The notes: generated by a model not told the origin, from the letters alone. 64,000 bases of DNA from an uncultured Bacteroides sp. (GCA_964496885.1 CAZCBG010000008.1:4354-68353); one strand, 5' to 3'. Positions 35,737-45,897 are shown, numbered from the stretch's first letter. Made by a program: numbers and translations.

Positions 35737-36334
35737 TGAACTAATCATTTTTATTGGGAATTATGGTTATATTGCCATTTTTTTGCTTGTCTTCTCTCAG
35801 GAAATAGGGATTCCAAATCCGGTACCCAACGAATTGGTTCTTATGTTTGCCGGCTTCCTTTCGATAAAAGAAATGCTATCTATACCATTTGTAATACTCA
35901 CAGTTATATTAGCTGATTTTGCAGGTACAATTATTCTTTATGCTGTATTTTATTTTTTCGGTGATTATATTGTAAATCATTTACCCCGTTGGATACCTTT
36001 ATCCAAACAAAACATTGACAAATTTTCTAAAAGAATTTCACAAGGTGGGAAATTGTATATTTATATGGGCCGTTTAACACCTTTTATCCGAGGATATACT
36101 TCAGTTGTGAGTGGTTTATTAAACATCAAACCCAGGGTATTTTTACCCATCGCACTTATTTCGGCATCTACCTGGAGTATTCTATGTGTAATGACAGGGA
36201 GATTATTTGGAAATTATTTAAACTTTTCAGTAGACAATACGGGTAATTTTAAATATATTATCATTTCAGTTATATTGATAACCTTGATGATTGTTTTGAT
36301 TTTTAAATATATCCATAAACGTACGGCCATTTAA
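35720..36334 (+). CDS. DedA-family membrane protein
   Basis: IGIPNPVPNELVLMFAGFL and GRLTPFIRG motifs; likely ATG at 35729 overlapping the GT4 stop. Confidence 0.9.
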   Translation: MNSMPNELIIFIGNYGYIAIFLLVFSQEIGIPNPVPNELVLMFAGFLSIKEMLSIPFVILTVILADFAGTIILYAVFYFFGDYIVNHLPRWIPLSKQNIDKFSKRISQGGKLYIYMGRLTPFIRGYTSVVSGLLNIKPRVFLPIALISASTWSILCVMTGRLFGNYLNFSVDNTGNFKYIIISVILITLMIVLIFKYIHKRTAI

Positions 36335-36505
36335 ACAAAATAGAACAACTAAATTCTACTCATGATTAAAAATAATTGTTAGATTTGAGTTTTTAAATAA
36401 ATCTTATGGTTTATTAACCAAATAATAAATCATATTATATTAACATATAACCGATTACAGATTATAAAATAAGATATTTCTGTGTAAATTAATTTGTTTA
36501 TCTGA

Positions 36506-36967
36506 TTATTTTTCATTAAAAATTTTAATTTTTATAATAACCTTCTTTACTAATTTACAAACTCCAGATGCCAGTCCAGAAACATAAACCTCTTTTGGAA
36601 AGAAAATAATAAAATCTCCATCTTTAATAGAAATGAATTGCCCATCACCTTTATAAAATGTAATATCCTTTTCTGGTATGTATTTACTAATTTCCTCAAG
36701 TTCTGAAACTTTTGATAATCCAAATTTTTCTTCACCTTTAAAAACAAAATGAATATATGCATATTGTTCATGAGCTTCCCATTGAATTTCATCAATTGTT
36801 TTTGGGATAAATTCGTTTACAATAGCAAACATTCTTTCTCCATCAATCTCATATTTTCCATTTTCAAAAATTGCGAAATCATTTTTCTTTAAAAATCTTA
36901 AAGCTTTTATAAATCCAGAATTTAAATATGAATAATTTTGGACGTTTGACAAATTTGATAAAATCAT
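36506..36967 (-). CDS. YhcH/YjgK/YiaL (DUF386) family protein
   Basis: GKYEIDGERMFAIV, WEAHEQYAYIH, FIIFFP.E, VKKVIIKI. Confidence 0.88.
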   Translation of the reverse strand: MILSNLSNVQNYSYLNSGFIKALRFLKKNDFAIFENGKYEIDGERMFAIVNEFIPKTIDEIQWEAHEQYAYIHFVFKGEEKFGLSKVSELEEISKYIPEKDITFYKGDGQFISIKDGDFIIFFPKEVYVSGLASGVCKLVKKVIIKIKIFNEK

Positions 36968-37298
36968 AAATTTTTATTATTCATATGTTTGTATTCTTAC
37001 AATCAAAATATAACCATCAAATGATAATTTTATGTATTTTTTTGCTATTTATATGAAGAATATGCATCGTTATATAAAATTTTTGCTTAAAAACCTTCAT
37101 CTCCCTAATAAATATTCAAATCCTGCCATCTGCTTTTATCAGAAAAGCAAAATTCATTTAATGATAAAAATTAATTGATTATTAATTTTTTACAAAAGTA
37201 AATGGACTTTCTGTATTAAATATTAATTTAATATTAAATCAATTTTAAATATTAATATTTTTTATGTAAATTTATACTTTTTAAATGCAAGCATAAAA

Positions 37299-37754
37299 AT
37301 GACAACTGAAGACATACTTTTAAAATACAAACCACAGAAAGACAATTTAATACAGATACTTCATGAGATTCAGGATGCTCAACCTCAAAATTATTTACCG
37401 GAAGAGGAGCTGATGAAAGTAGCCAAACACCTCAATATTAGCATGAGTGCAGTTTTTGGTGTTACAGGATATTATTCAATGTTTAGCACTATTCCTCGTG
37501 GTAAATACATTCTTCGTCTCTGTGAATCACCCATTTGTAATATGTTTGGCTCCAAAAATATTGCAAATAAGCTAAAAGAACTTTTACAGATCAATTTTAA
37601 CGAAACAACCCCCGATGGGATGTTTACACTCGAAATGAGCGAGTGCCTGGGTTTATGCGGTAATAAACCTTCAATGATGATTAATCAACAAACCATTACT
37701 GGATTAAACGAAGATATGATCGAATTGATAATTAATGAATTGCGTATCAAATAA
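37299..37754 (+). CDS. NuoE/HydC-like [2Fe-2S] subunit of an NAD-dependent formate dehydrogenase
   Basis: LIQILHEIQ, GVTGYYSMF, LCESPIC, ECLGLC. Confidence 0.9.
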   Translation: MTTEDILLKYKPQKDNLIQILHEIQDAQPQNYLPEEELMKVAKHLNISMSAVFGVTGYYSMFSTIPRGKYILRLCESPICNMFGSKNIANKLKELLQINFNETTPDGMFTLEMSECLGLCGNKPSMMINQQTITGLNEDMIELIINELRIK

Positions 37755-37765
37755 AAACAATAAGC

Positions 37766-39007
37766 ATGATAAGCGAAACCAGGGTAGCACTTAAAAATTT
37801 AGGAAAGATAAATCCGGAAAATATAGATGATTATATTCTCAACGGAGGCTATCTGGCATTAAGAAAAGCCATGGACATGGAGCCCTCTGCTGTTATTGAT
37901 GAAATCGAACAATCGGGTTTAAGAGGCAGAGGTGGTGCTGGTTTTCCTACCGGAATTAAAAACCGTTATACTTCTCTATCCTGCGATGAATGTGAAAGAT
38001 ATGTAATATGCAATGCCGATGAAGGAGAACCCGGCACATTCAAGGATCGTATCATTATGGAAAATGATCCTCATTTGCTGATTGAAGGTATGTTGATCAG
38101 TGCATATGCAATTGGAGCTTCTAAAGGATATATCTATATCAGGGCAGAATACTATTTATCCCTCGAAAGAATTAAAAAAGCCATAGAAACAGCATATTCC
38201 AGTGGATATTTGGGTAAAAATATTATGGAATCCTATTTTAATTTTGATCTTGAAATAAAATTGGGTGCAGGCTCCTATCTCTGTGGCGAAGAGCTTACCC
38301 TCATGGAATCATTGGAAGGTAAAAGAGGTTATCCTCGTATAAAACCACCTTTCCCTGCCGAAAAAGGATTATTTGGAAAGCCTACTTTAATAAATAATGT
38401 AGAAACGCTTTCTCATTTCCCCTCTATCCTTATCAATGGTGCTGAATGGTATAGCAGCATGGGTAATGAAAAATCAAAAGGTATCAAAATATTTACAATC
38501 AGCGGAAATGTAAACAATCTCGGTTATTTTGAAGTGGAACTAGGCGTTAGCTTAAGAGCATTAATTTTTGACCTTGCTGGTGGCATTCAATACGGTAAAA
38601 AATTTAAAGGCGCATTGTTGGGTGGAGCTGCCGGAACTTTTGTGGACGAAACCATGTTGGATGCAAACATGGGATACGATAGCCTGAAAGCAATGGGGGC
38701 AACGCTGGGTTCAGGGGCTATCATTGTGTTAGACGAAGATCAAGCGGTTTACGAGATATTACTCAGCGTGTTGAAGTTTTTTAAAAACGAATCCTGCGGA
38801 AAATGTGTTCCATGCAGAATTGGATGCCTGCAATTGTTGCTGTTGATGGACAAACTCAAAAAAGAAAAAAACAAAAAAGAAATACTTCAGGAACTATTGT
38901 CTCAAGCTGAAATGATGGCTAAATCATCCCTCTGCCCTCTCGGGCAATCACCCATATTACCAATAAGAAGTGCCATCAGGTATTTTGAAAATGAATTGAT
39001 AAACTAA
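37766..39007 (+). CDS. NuoF-like FMN/NADH-binding diaphorase subunit (short form)
   Basis: SGLRGRGGAGFPTG, CNADEGEPGTFKDR, GAGSYLCGEE, ESCGKCVPCRIG...CPLG. Confidence 0.93.
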   Translation: MISETRVALKNLGKINPENIDDYILNGGYLALRKAMDMEPSAVIDEIEQSGLRGRGGAGFPTGIKNRYTSLSCDECERYVICNADEGEPGTFKDRIIMENDPHLLIEGMLISAYAIGASKGYIYIRAEYYLSLERIKKAIETAYSSGYLGKNIMESYFNFDLEIKLGAGSYLCGEELTLMESLEGKRGYPRIKPPFPAEKGLFGKPTLINNVETLSHFPSILINGAEWYSSMGNEKSKGIKIFTISGNVNNLGYFEVELGVSLRALIFDLAGGIQYGKKFKGALLGGAAGTFVDETMLDANMGYDSLKAMGATLGSGAIIVLDEDQAVYEILLSVLKFFKNESCGKCVPCRIGCLQLLLLMDKLKKEKNKKEILQELLSQAEMMAKSSLCPLGQSPILPIRSAIRYFENELIN

Positions 39008-39065
39008 AAAGTATAAGAACAATTTTTCTGACAAGACAAATTTTACAAACTAGCAATATACAAAA

Positions 39066-41789
39066 ATGGCAGAAAGCGTAAAAATTACAATTGACGGCAG
39101 ACAGATTGAAGCTGAAAATGGAGCCAATTTACTGCAGCTTGCTAAAGACAACGGAATTCAGATTCCAAGTTTGTGTTATCACCGTAAGCTTACACCTACC
39201 GGAGCCTGTAGACTGTGTTTGGTTAAAATAAAAGGAATGAACGGTCTCATTGCATCCTGCACTGTTCAGATTAAAGAAGGTATGGAAGTCATTGCTTTTG
39301 ACCAGGAACTGGAAGCCACCCGCAGGTATTTGCTCGATTACTTAGTTGCTGAACACAACGAAGCCAATGATGATACGCATGCTGATGAGTTGATGGCATT
39401 GCTCAAAAGATATGATCTGGAAAATGTTGACAACAGAAAATATCCATCGGTTTGGAAATTAATGAATTATCCTATTGACAACAGTTCTCCGGTTTTGACC
39501 TACGATGCTTCAAAATGCATCAAATGCTTTCGTTGTATAAAAGCCTGCGACGAAGTTCAGGGAAAAAATGTACTTTCTTTTACCGACAGAGGAATAGCAT
39601 CCTTTATTATTGCCGGATTCGGAAAATGGAGTGAATCGGAATGCGACGGATGTGGCGAATGTATTCAACTATGCCCAACGGGTGCAATTGTCGAAAAGCC
39701 TCATCGTGATGAAATCAAACTTCCTAAAATTGACAGCAAGGTTAAAACTACCTGTCCTTATTGTGGTGTGGGTTGTCAGATTGAAATGTTGGTACAGGAT
39801 GGAAAAATTCTAAGATCAAACGGCATTGAACAGCAATGGCCCAATGATGGCAGGCTATGTATTAAAGGACGCTTCGGATATGATTTTATACAAAGTAAAG
39901 AAAGATTAACCCATCCACTGATTAAAAAAAATGGAAATTTTGAAAAAGCAAGCTGGGATGAAGCCCTTGATTTAATCGCGACTAAATTTAATGAAACGAT
40001 AGAAAAGTATGGAAATGAAGCATTGGCTGGTTATTCTTCAGCAAAATGCACCAACGAAGACAATTATATCTTTCAAAAATTCATCAGATGTGTTGTTGGC
40101 AACAACAATGTAGATTATTGCACACGTTTGTGTCATGCTTCAACCGTTACAGCCATGCTTCGTTCTATTGGCGATGGAGCAGGAAGCAATTCAATTGAGG
40201 ATTTCGAAACAACAGATTGCCTATTGGTATGTGGTAATAATATTATTGAAACCCATCCAATTACGGCAACCTATGTAAAACGAGGCATCAGCAAGGGAAT
40301 GCAGGTAATTATCATCGATCCGAAATGGACTCCTCTGGTTAAACATGCCAAAATTTGGCTACAGCCACGTTTAGGAACAGACGTAGCATTGTTAAACGGA
40401 ATGATTCATTCAATTATAAAGGATGATTTAATTGACGAAGAATTCATACTATCGAGACTGGACGGTGGCATGGAAGCTTTTGAAGAATTAAAAAAAATAT
40501 GTCAGAAATACACTTCCCAATATGTTGAAGCAATCACAGGAGTTCCAAAAAGCAAAATGATAGAAGCTGCAAGAATATATGCAACTTCTCCCACTGCGAT
40601 GATAGCTACCGGAATGGGAATGAGCCAACAGCTAACAGGCACCAATAATGTATTTTCATTGATTAACATGATGCTGATTTGCGGACAGATTGGCAAGGAA
40701 AGAGCCGGTATAGATCCACCACGTGGGCAGAATAATGTGCAAGGAGCCACTGATGTTGGGGCTTCACCCATTAATTATCCGGGTTATATTCCTATCGGCA
40801 ACGACGAGAACAGAAAAAAAGTAGCTGGCATCTGGGGAGTTCCATTTGAAACCTTATCTTCAAAACCTGGTTTGACTACCGTAGAGATTGTTAAGGCAGC
40901 ATATGAAGGAAAAGTAAAAGCTTTGTATATCATGGGTGAAAATCCTATGCTAACAGACCCCAATCTGAATCACGCAAAAGCAGCTTTTGAAAAACTTGAT
41001 TTTTTGGTAGTTCAGGATATTTTCCAAACAGATACAACACCTTATGCTGATGTAATATTGCCAGCTGCATCCTTTGCTGAAAAAAACGGAACTTTTGTCA
41101 ATAGCGACCGAAGGGTTTTAAGGGTAAGAAAAGTGGTTGATTCGCCAGGGGAAGCCCGTCAGGACTGGGAAATAATTCAGGAAATTGCCAAGCGAATGGG
41201 AAAACCCATGACAGCTTACAAGGATGAATCCGAAATATTTGATGAAATTACAAAGGTTACACCAATGATGGGGGGAATTAGCTACGAGCTTATCGAACAA
41301 CAGGGTATCCAATGGCCTTGTCCCGATAAAAATCATCCCGGAACTCCTACCCTTTTCCTTGAAAAATTCAATACAGCCAACGGTAAAGCCAAGCTTAACC
41401 CAGTGGATTACTTACCTCAAAATGAAAAAACTTCGTATGAATATCCTTTTCTTTTAAATTCCGGAAGAATTTTATTTCAATACCATTCATCCACCATGTC
41501 TCGTAAAAACGAGGCACTCAATGCTTTTGCCAATAAATCCTATGTGTTGATGCACTCCAATGATGCTGCTAAAAATAAACTGGAGGATGGATGCAGTGTA
41601 AAATTAACTTCAGCAAGGGGCGAATTGCAAACCACTTTAAGAATCAGTGATGAAGTGCTAGAAGGAGAATTATTTATGCCTTGGCATTTCAGCGAATCAG
41701 CTGTTAATAATCTAACCCGGGATGAACTGGATCCTCATTCTAAAATTGCAGCTTTTAAACTCAGTGCCTGCAAAGTAATATTGATTTAG
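39066..41789 (+). CDS. fdhF: Mo/W-bisPGD formate dehydrogenase alpha subunit (Cys-ligated)
   Basis: N-terminal 2Fe-2S and two 4Fe-4S motifs, TTCPYCGVGC...LCIKG, active site DYCTRLCHAST, RGQNNVQG. Confidence 0.92.
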   Translation: MAESVKITIDGRQIEAENGANLLQLAKDNGIQIPSLCYHRKLTPTGACRLCLVKIKGMNGLIASCTVQIKEGMEVIAFDQELEATRRYLLDYLVAEHNEANDDTHADELMALLKRYDLENVDNRKYPSVWKLMNYPIDNSSPVLTYDASKCIKCFRCIKACDEVQGKNVLSFTDRGIASFIIAGFGKWSESECDGCGECIQLCPTGAIVEKPHRDEIKLPKIDSKVKTTCPYCGVGCQIEMLVQDGKILRSNGIEQQWPNDGRLCIKGRFGYDFIQSKERLTHPLIKKNGNFEKASWDEALDLIATKFNETIEKYGNEALAGYSSAKCTNEDNYIFQKFIRCVVGNNNVDYCTRLCHASTVTAMLRSIGDGAGSNSIEDFETTDCLLVCGNNIIETHPITATYVKRGISKGMQVIIIDPKWTPLVKHAKIWLQPRLGTDVALLNGMIHSIIKDDLIDEEFILSRLDGGMEAFEELKKICQKYTSQYVEAITGVPKSKMIEAARIYATSPTAMIATGMGMSQQLTGTNNVFSLINMMLICGQIGKERAGIDPPRGQNNVQGATDVGASPINYPGYIPIGNDENRKKVAGIWGVPFETLSSKPGLTTVEIVKAAYEGKVKALYIMGENPMLTDPNLNHAKAAFEKLDFLVVQDIFQTDTTPYADVILPAASFAEKNGTFVNSDRRVLRVRKVVDSPGEARQDWEIIQEIAKRMGKPMTAYKDESEIFDEITKVTPMMGGISYELIEQQGIQWPCPDKNHPGTPTLFLEKFNTANGKAKLNPVDYLPQNEKTSYEYPFLLNSGRILFQYHSSTMSRKNEALNAFANKSYVLMHSNDAAKNKLEDGCSVKLTSARGELQTTLRISDEVLEGELFMPWHFSESAVNNLTRDELDPHSKIAAFKLSACKVILI

Positions 41790-41855
41790 AGCTCTATTCA
41801 AATTTTCTTATTCATTTAAGCTCAACTAGCATTTCTCCGGTCTTCCGACTTCCGA

Positions 41856-42335
41856 CTATTTCAATGGAACATAGATAAATGTTTGCAGCTTTTCAGCTTT
41901 TGTTTTTTCGGGATTGTTCATGTATTTGTCAAAACAGGGTACATCTCTGACAACATAACCCGATTCAGGCAACCATGTATTAAAAATCTGACGGTAGGCT
42001 TCACCCAAATGCGAATAAGGTCCTGTATGTTTAAAAACAGCATACTTACCCCCTGCTACTTCTTTTACTCCGATTTCATCCTCTGCCACTACCTCTTTTT
42101 TAATCGTAACACAGGCATCGTAACGGCATTCACCGACATTTGTTTGCGAGGGGTCGTCATAACTCAGACCAATGCTTTCCATTCCAAAACTATACAATTT
42201 TTTTTCTTTCACAAAAGCCCAGAGTTTTTCCCAGGCTTTGGCAGTTTTTTCGCCACCATATGTTTCAACTACCTGAATATAAATAACCTTACGGCTGCTA
42301 ATTTCTTTAATCTGAGGTTTAAGTTCCATTTTCAT
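41856..42335 (-). CDS. GyrI-like small-molecule-binding domain protein
   Basis: YDDP....CRYDAC, GGKYAVFKHTGPY, WLPESGY. Confidence 0.9.
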   Translation of the reverse strand: MKMELKPQIKEISSRKVIYIQVVETYGGEKTAKAWEKLWAFVKEKKLYSFGMESIGLSYDDPSQTNVGECRYDACVTIKKEVVAEDEIGVKEVAGGKYAVFKHTGPYSHLGEAYRQIFNTWLPESGYVVRDVPCFDKYMNNPEKTKAEKLQTFIYVPLK

Positions 42336-42392
42336 TTCAGCTCAATGTAAAATTGATGATTTTTGATGTAAAATTTTTCTGGATAAAATTTC

Positions 42393-42420
42393 AAAAAAAA
42401 AGCCACATTGCTGTGGCTTT
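42393..42420 (-). terminator. Terminator downstream of tRNA-Asn
   Basis: A-run (U-tract on the minus strand) plus aaagccaca-ttgc-tgtggcttt, abutting the tRNA CCA end. Confidence 0.75.
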
Positions 42421-42497
42421 TGGCTCCCCCTTCAGGACTTGAACCTGAGACCCTCTGATTAACAGTCAGATGCTCTAACCAACTGAGCTAAGGAGGA
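42421..42497 (-). tRNA. tRNA-Asn (GTT), CCA encoded
   Basis: Reverse complement TCCTCCTTAGCTCAGTTGGTTAGAGCATCTGACTGTTAATCAGAGGGTCTCAGGTTCAAGTCCTGAAGGGGGAGCCA folds as a cloverleaf with anticodon GTT and a GGTTCAA T-loop. Confidence 0.97.
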
Positions 42498-42602
42498 AAA
42501 TATTTTGATTAAAAAGCCTGTTTTTAAAAACCAAGCTAAGAACGTTGCTGTTTTAAAATTTGGACTGCAAAATTATATAAAGTTTTAAAATAAACAATAC
42601 CT

Positions 42603-43613
42603 TTGCACAAATTTTTTAAATATATTTATATGATCAGAGTTTTAGGAATGGGTAACGCATTGGTAGACATCATGACACGTCTTGAAAGCGACTCATTATT
42701 AAATGATTTTAAGCTTCCGAAGGGAAGTATGCAATTGGTAGACAAAGATGCTGCCCAAATCGTTTCAAAAGGAACACATCATCTTGACAAACAACAATCT
42801 TCGGGTGGTTCAGCTGCCAATACCATACATGGTTTGGCCAGTTTAAACATTGAAACAGGTTTTATCGGAACCATTGGTGAAGATGAATTTGGTGTATTTT
42901 TTCATGAAGATTTGAAAAAAAACAATATTCAACCTCGACTTTTTAAAGGTAAATACGAGTCAGGAAGAGCCATCGCTTTGATAAGCCCTGACTCAGAACG
43001 GACTTTCGCAACTTTTTTAGGTGCCGCCATCGAATTATCAGTAGATCATCTTTCGCCTGAATTATTTGAAGGATATGATTATTTCCATATCGAAGGTTAT
43101 TTGGTTCAGAACCATGACTTAATCAGGAAAGCTGTTGAATTAGCCAAACTAAAAGGTTTAAAAGTATCCCTTGATCTGGCAAGTTTCAATGTTGTGGAAG
43201 CAAATATTGATTTTCTGAAAGAAATTATCAAAGAATATGTGGATATTGTTTTTGCCAATGAAGAAGAAGCAAAATCTTTTACAGGCTTACAACCCGAAGA
43301 AGCATTGTCCGAGATTGCCAAAGATTGCGAAATTGCTGTAGTAAAAATCGGCAAAAAAGGTTCACTGGTTATGAAAGATGACAAAATGTACGTTATCGAT
43401 GTAATCAAAGCAACCAGTCGTGATACCACAGGAGCAGGAGATGTGTATGCAGCAGGTTTCATTTATGGTCTTGTAAAGGGTTTATCGATGCAAAAATGTG
43501 GTGAAATCGGAGCGGTTCTGTCAGGGAAAGTCATAGAAGTAATCGGAGCCAAAATGGATAGCCCAACCTGGGATCATATCCGCAAAATGGTTGCTGAAAT
43601 TGAACTATCTTAG
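42603..43613 (+). CDS. PfkB-family carbohydrate/adenosine kinase (likely start is the ATG at 42630)
   Basis: GMGNALVD, GGSAANT, DTTGAGD.YAAGF. Confidence 0.92.
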   Translation: MHKFFKYIYMIRVLGMGNALVDIMTRLESDSLLNDFKLPKGSMQLVDKDAAQIVSKGTHHLDKQQSSGGSAANTIHGLASLNIETGFIGTIGEDEFGVFFHEDLKKNNIQPRLFKGKYESGRAIALISPDSERTFATFLGAAIELSVDHLSPELFEGYDYFHIEGYLVQNHDLIRKAVELAKLKGLKVSLDLASFNVVEANIDFLKEIIKEYVDIVFANEEEAKSFTGLQPEEALSEIAKDCEIAVVKIGKKGSLVMKDDKMYVIDVIKATSRDTTGAGDVYAAGFIYGLVKGLSMQKCGEIGAVLSGKVIEVIGAKMDSPTWDHIRKMVAEIELS

Positions 43614-43756
43614 TATAAAAACTAAGCTTCAACTTATCATTTGATGAATATTTGATTTTTTCTAAAAATAAATATATTACACCTATATTTATTAAGCAGA
43701 TTTTTATATATTTGCCAACCAATTTGGAATTTAATCATTAAATCAAATTATATAAC

Positions 43757-45892
43757 ATGAAGGTTTACCAGACAAACGAGATCAAAAATATTGCCCTGGT
43801 TGGCGGTGCTAAATCAGGGAAAACCACGATTGCAGAAGCAATGTTGTTCGAGGGTGGTTTAATTAAAAGACGAGGAAGTATTGACGATAAAAATACGGTT
43901 TCCGATTACCGGGCCATAGAACTTGAACGTCAAAACTCTATTTCTTCCACCTTATTGTATATTGAACACAATGGCTTTAAAATAAATATCATTGACGCCC
44001 CTGGTTTCGACGATTTTATTGGAGAAGTTGCAGCAGCTGTTAAAGTTGCAGATACCGCCATAATGGTTATTAATGCCCAAACAGGTATTGATGTTGGAAC
44101 CGATTTAGCATGGCGTTATGCCGGGAAAAATGAAACCTCGGTTATATTTGCCATTAATCATTTGGAACACGAAAATTCCAATTTTGATGAAATTCTACTC
44201 CAATTAAAACAAACTTATGGGAAAAATGTAACGATATGCCAATATCCGCTCAATCCTGGATTAGGTTTTAATGCGATTATTGACTTGGTGAAAATGAAAA
44301 TGTTAAAATTTCCCGAAAACGGTGGAACACCAGAAGTTTTGGATATTCCTGCAAGTGAATTGGAGAAAGCAGAAAAATTACACACCATTTTAATTGAAAA
44401 TGCAGCTGAAGCTGATGAATCATTAATGGAAATTTTCTTTGAAAAAGAAACATTGACAATCGAACAGTTAAGACAAGGTATAAAAGCTGGTGTTATCAAC
44501 AGAGGTTTATTTCCAGTTATGTGTGTTGCAGGTAAGCACAATATGGGTGTTCAACGATTACTGGAATTTATTACTTATAATGCACCTTCACCCAACGATA
44601 TGAATAATGCTAAAACGGTTTCAGGAAAATCCTTAGCATATAAAAATACAGATCCTGCTAGTTTATTTATTTTCAAAACAGGTATTGAAGAACATTTGGG
44701 TGAGATTTCATTTATAAAAATTTATTCAGGAGAAGTTACAGAAGGCTTGGATGTTGTAAATATTTCCAATGGTTCAAAAGAAAGAATTACTCAAATATTT
44801 TCAATCGCAGGAAAAAACCGTGAGAAATTACCAAAAGCAGTAGCTGGTGATATTATTGCAACGATTAAATTAAAAAGTTGCTTTACCAACAACACTTTAA
44901 ATGCAGATAAAAACTCAGAAGAAGCTATAACGCCTATTATTTTCCCTGAACCTAAATTCAGAACTGCGATTAAAGCTAAAAATCAGGCTGATGATGAAAA
45001 GCTTGGTGCTGTTTTAAACGAAATGCACAAAGTAGATCAAACGATATTGATTGAATATTCAAAAGAGCTAAAACAGATTATTTTAAGCGGACAAGGTGAA
45101 TTGCACCTAAACATTGCAAAATGGATGCTCGAAACCCTGCATAAAATTGAAATCGAATTTATTGCACCTAAAATACCTTATCGTGAAACCATCACCAAAG
45201 CTGCAAAAACTACCTATCGCCATAAGAAACAATCAGGTGGTGCAGGTCAATTTGGAGAAGTACATATTATGATTCAGCCTTATACCGAAGGTATGGCTAA
45301 CCAAACTGAATTTCCAATACGTGCAACTACTGAAGAAAAATTAAATTGGGGAGGTAAATTGATATTTAACAACTGTATTGTTGGTGGAGCCATTGATGCT
45401 CGCTTTTTACCAGCCATCCTGAAAGGTATTATGGAAAAAATGGAAGAAGGTCCATTAACCGGATCTTATGCCCGTGATATCGTTGTAAATGTGTATGACG
45501 GCAAAATGCATCCTGTTGATTCAAACGAACTTTCGTTCAAATTGGCAGGTCGTCAAGCCTTCAGAGAAGCTTTTAAATTAGCAGGTCCAAAAATCCTGGA
45601 ACCAATTTACGACGTTGATGTTATTGTTCCTTCTGATAGAATGGGAGATGTAATGACAGACTTACAAGGCAGAAGAGCAGTTGTAATGGGTATGGACAGT
45701 GAAGGAAATTACCAGATTATCAAAGCGAAAGTTCCTTTGGCTGAAATGAATAAATACTCAACTACATTGAGCTCATTAACCAGTGGAAGAGCAACCTACT
45801 CATTGAAATATGCAGATTACCAACAAGTTCCATCTGACGTTCAGACGACTTTACTCAAAGCATACGAAGAACAGGAAAAAGACGACGAATAG
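43757..45892 (+). CDS. fusA2: Elongation factor G paralogue (EF-G2 type)
   Basis: Divergent G1 motif GGAKSGKTT, DAPG, YRETI, KKQSGGAGQFG, LEPIY..; not next to rpsL/rpsG. Confidence 0.9.
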   Translation: MKVYQTNEIKNIALVGGAKSGKTTIAEAMLFEGGLIKRRGSIDDKNTVSDYRAIELERQNSISSTLLYIEHNGFKINIIDAPGFDDFIGEVAAAVKVADTAIMVINAQTGIDVGTDLAWRYAGKNETSVIFAINHLEHENSNFDEILLQLKQTYGKNVTICQYPLNPGLGFNAIIDLVKMKMLKFPENGGTPEVLDIPASELEKAEKLHTILIENAAEADESLMEIFFEKETLTIEQLRQGIKAGVINRGLFPVMCVAGKHNMGVQRLLEFITYNAPSPNDMNNAKTVSGKSLAYKNTDPASLFIFKTGIEEHLGEISFIKIYSGEVTEGLDVVNISNGSKERITQIFSIAGKNREKLPKAVAGDIIATIKLKSCFTNNTLNADKNSEEAITPIIFPEPKFRTAIKAKNQADDEKLGAVLNEMHKVDQTILIEYSKELKQIILSGQGELHLNIAKWMLETLHKIEIEFIAPKIPYRETITKAAKTTYRHKKQSGGAGQFGEVHIMIQPYTEGMANQTEFPIRATTEEKLNWGGKLIFNNCIVGGAIDARFLPAILKGIMEKMEEGPLTGSYARDIVVNVYDGKMHPVDSNELSFKLAGRQAFREAFKLAGPKILEPIYDVDVIVPSDRMGDVMTDLQGRRAVVMGMDSEGNYQIIKAKVPLAEMNKYSTTLSSLTSGRATYSLKYADYQQVPSDVQTTLLKAYEEQEKDDE

Positions 45893-45897
45893 TTCTC

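Noticed and set aside
37214-37260. AT-only palindromes (aatattaa-t-ttaatatt) upstream of the FDH operon as a regulator site
   Set aside because: Expected by chance in nearly pure A/T sequence; no match to the Rex, FNR or ModE consensus that I could support.
39066-41789. Possible selenocysteine FDH
   Set aside because: The active-site codon is TGT (Cys) and the ORF is uninterrupted.
41841-41857. cttccga heptamer tandem (tcttccgacttccgact)
   Set aside because: Only about two copies; too short to call a repeat element.
42421-42497. tRNA-Asn as a possible integration site bounding the 1-42 kb accessory region
   Set aside because: No integrase, transposase or duplicated tRNA 3' end was seen in the window; this cannot be excluded beyond the left edge.
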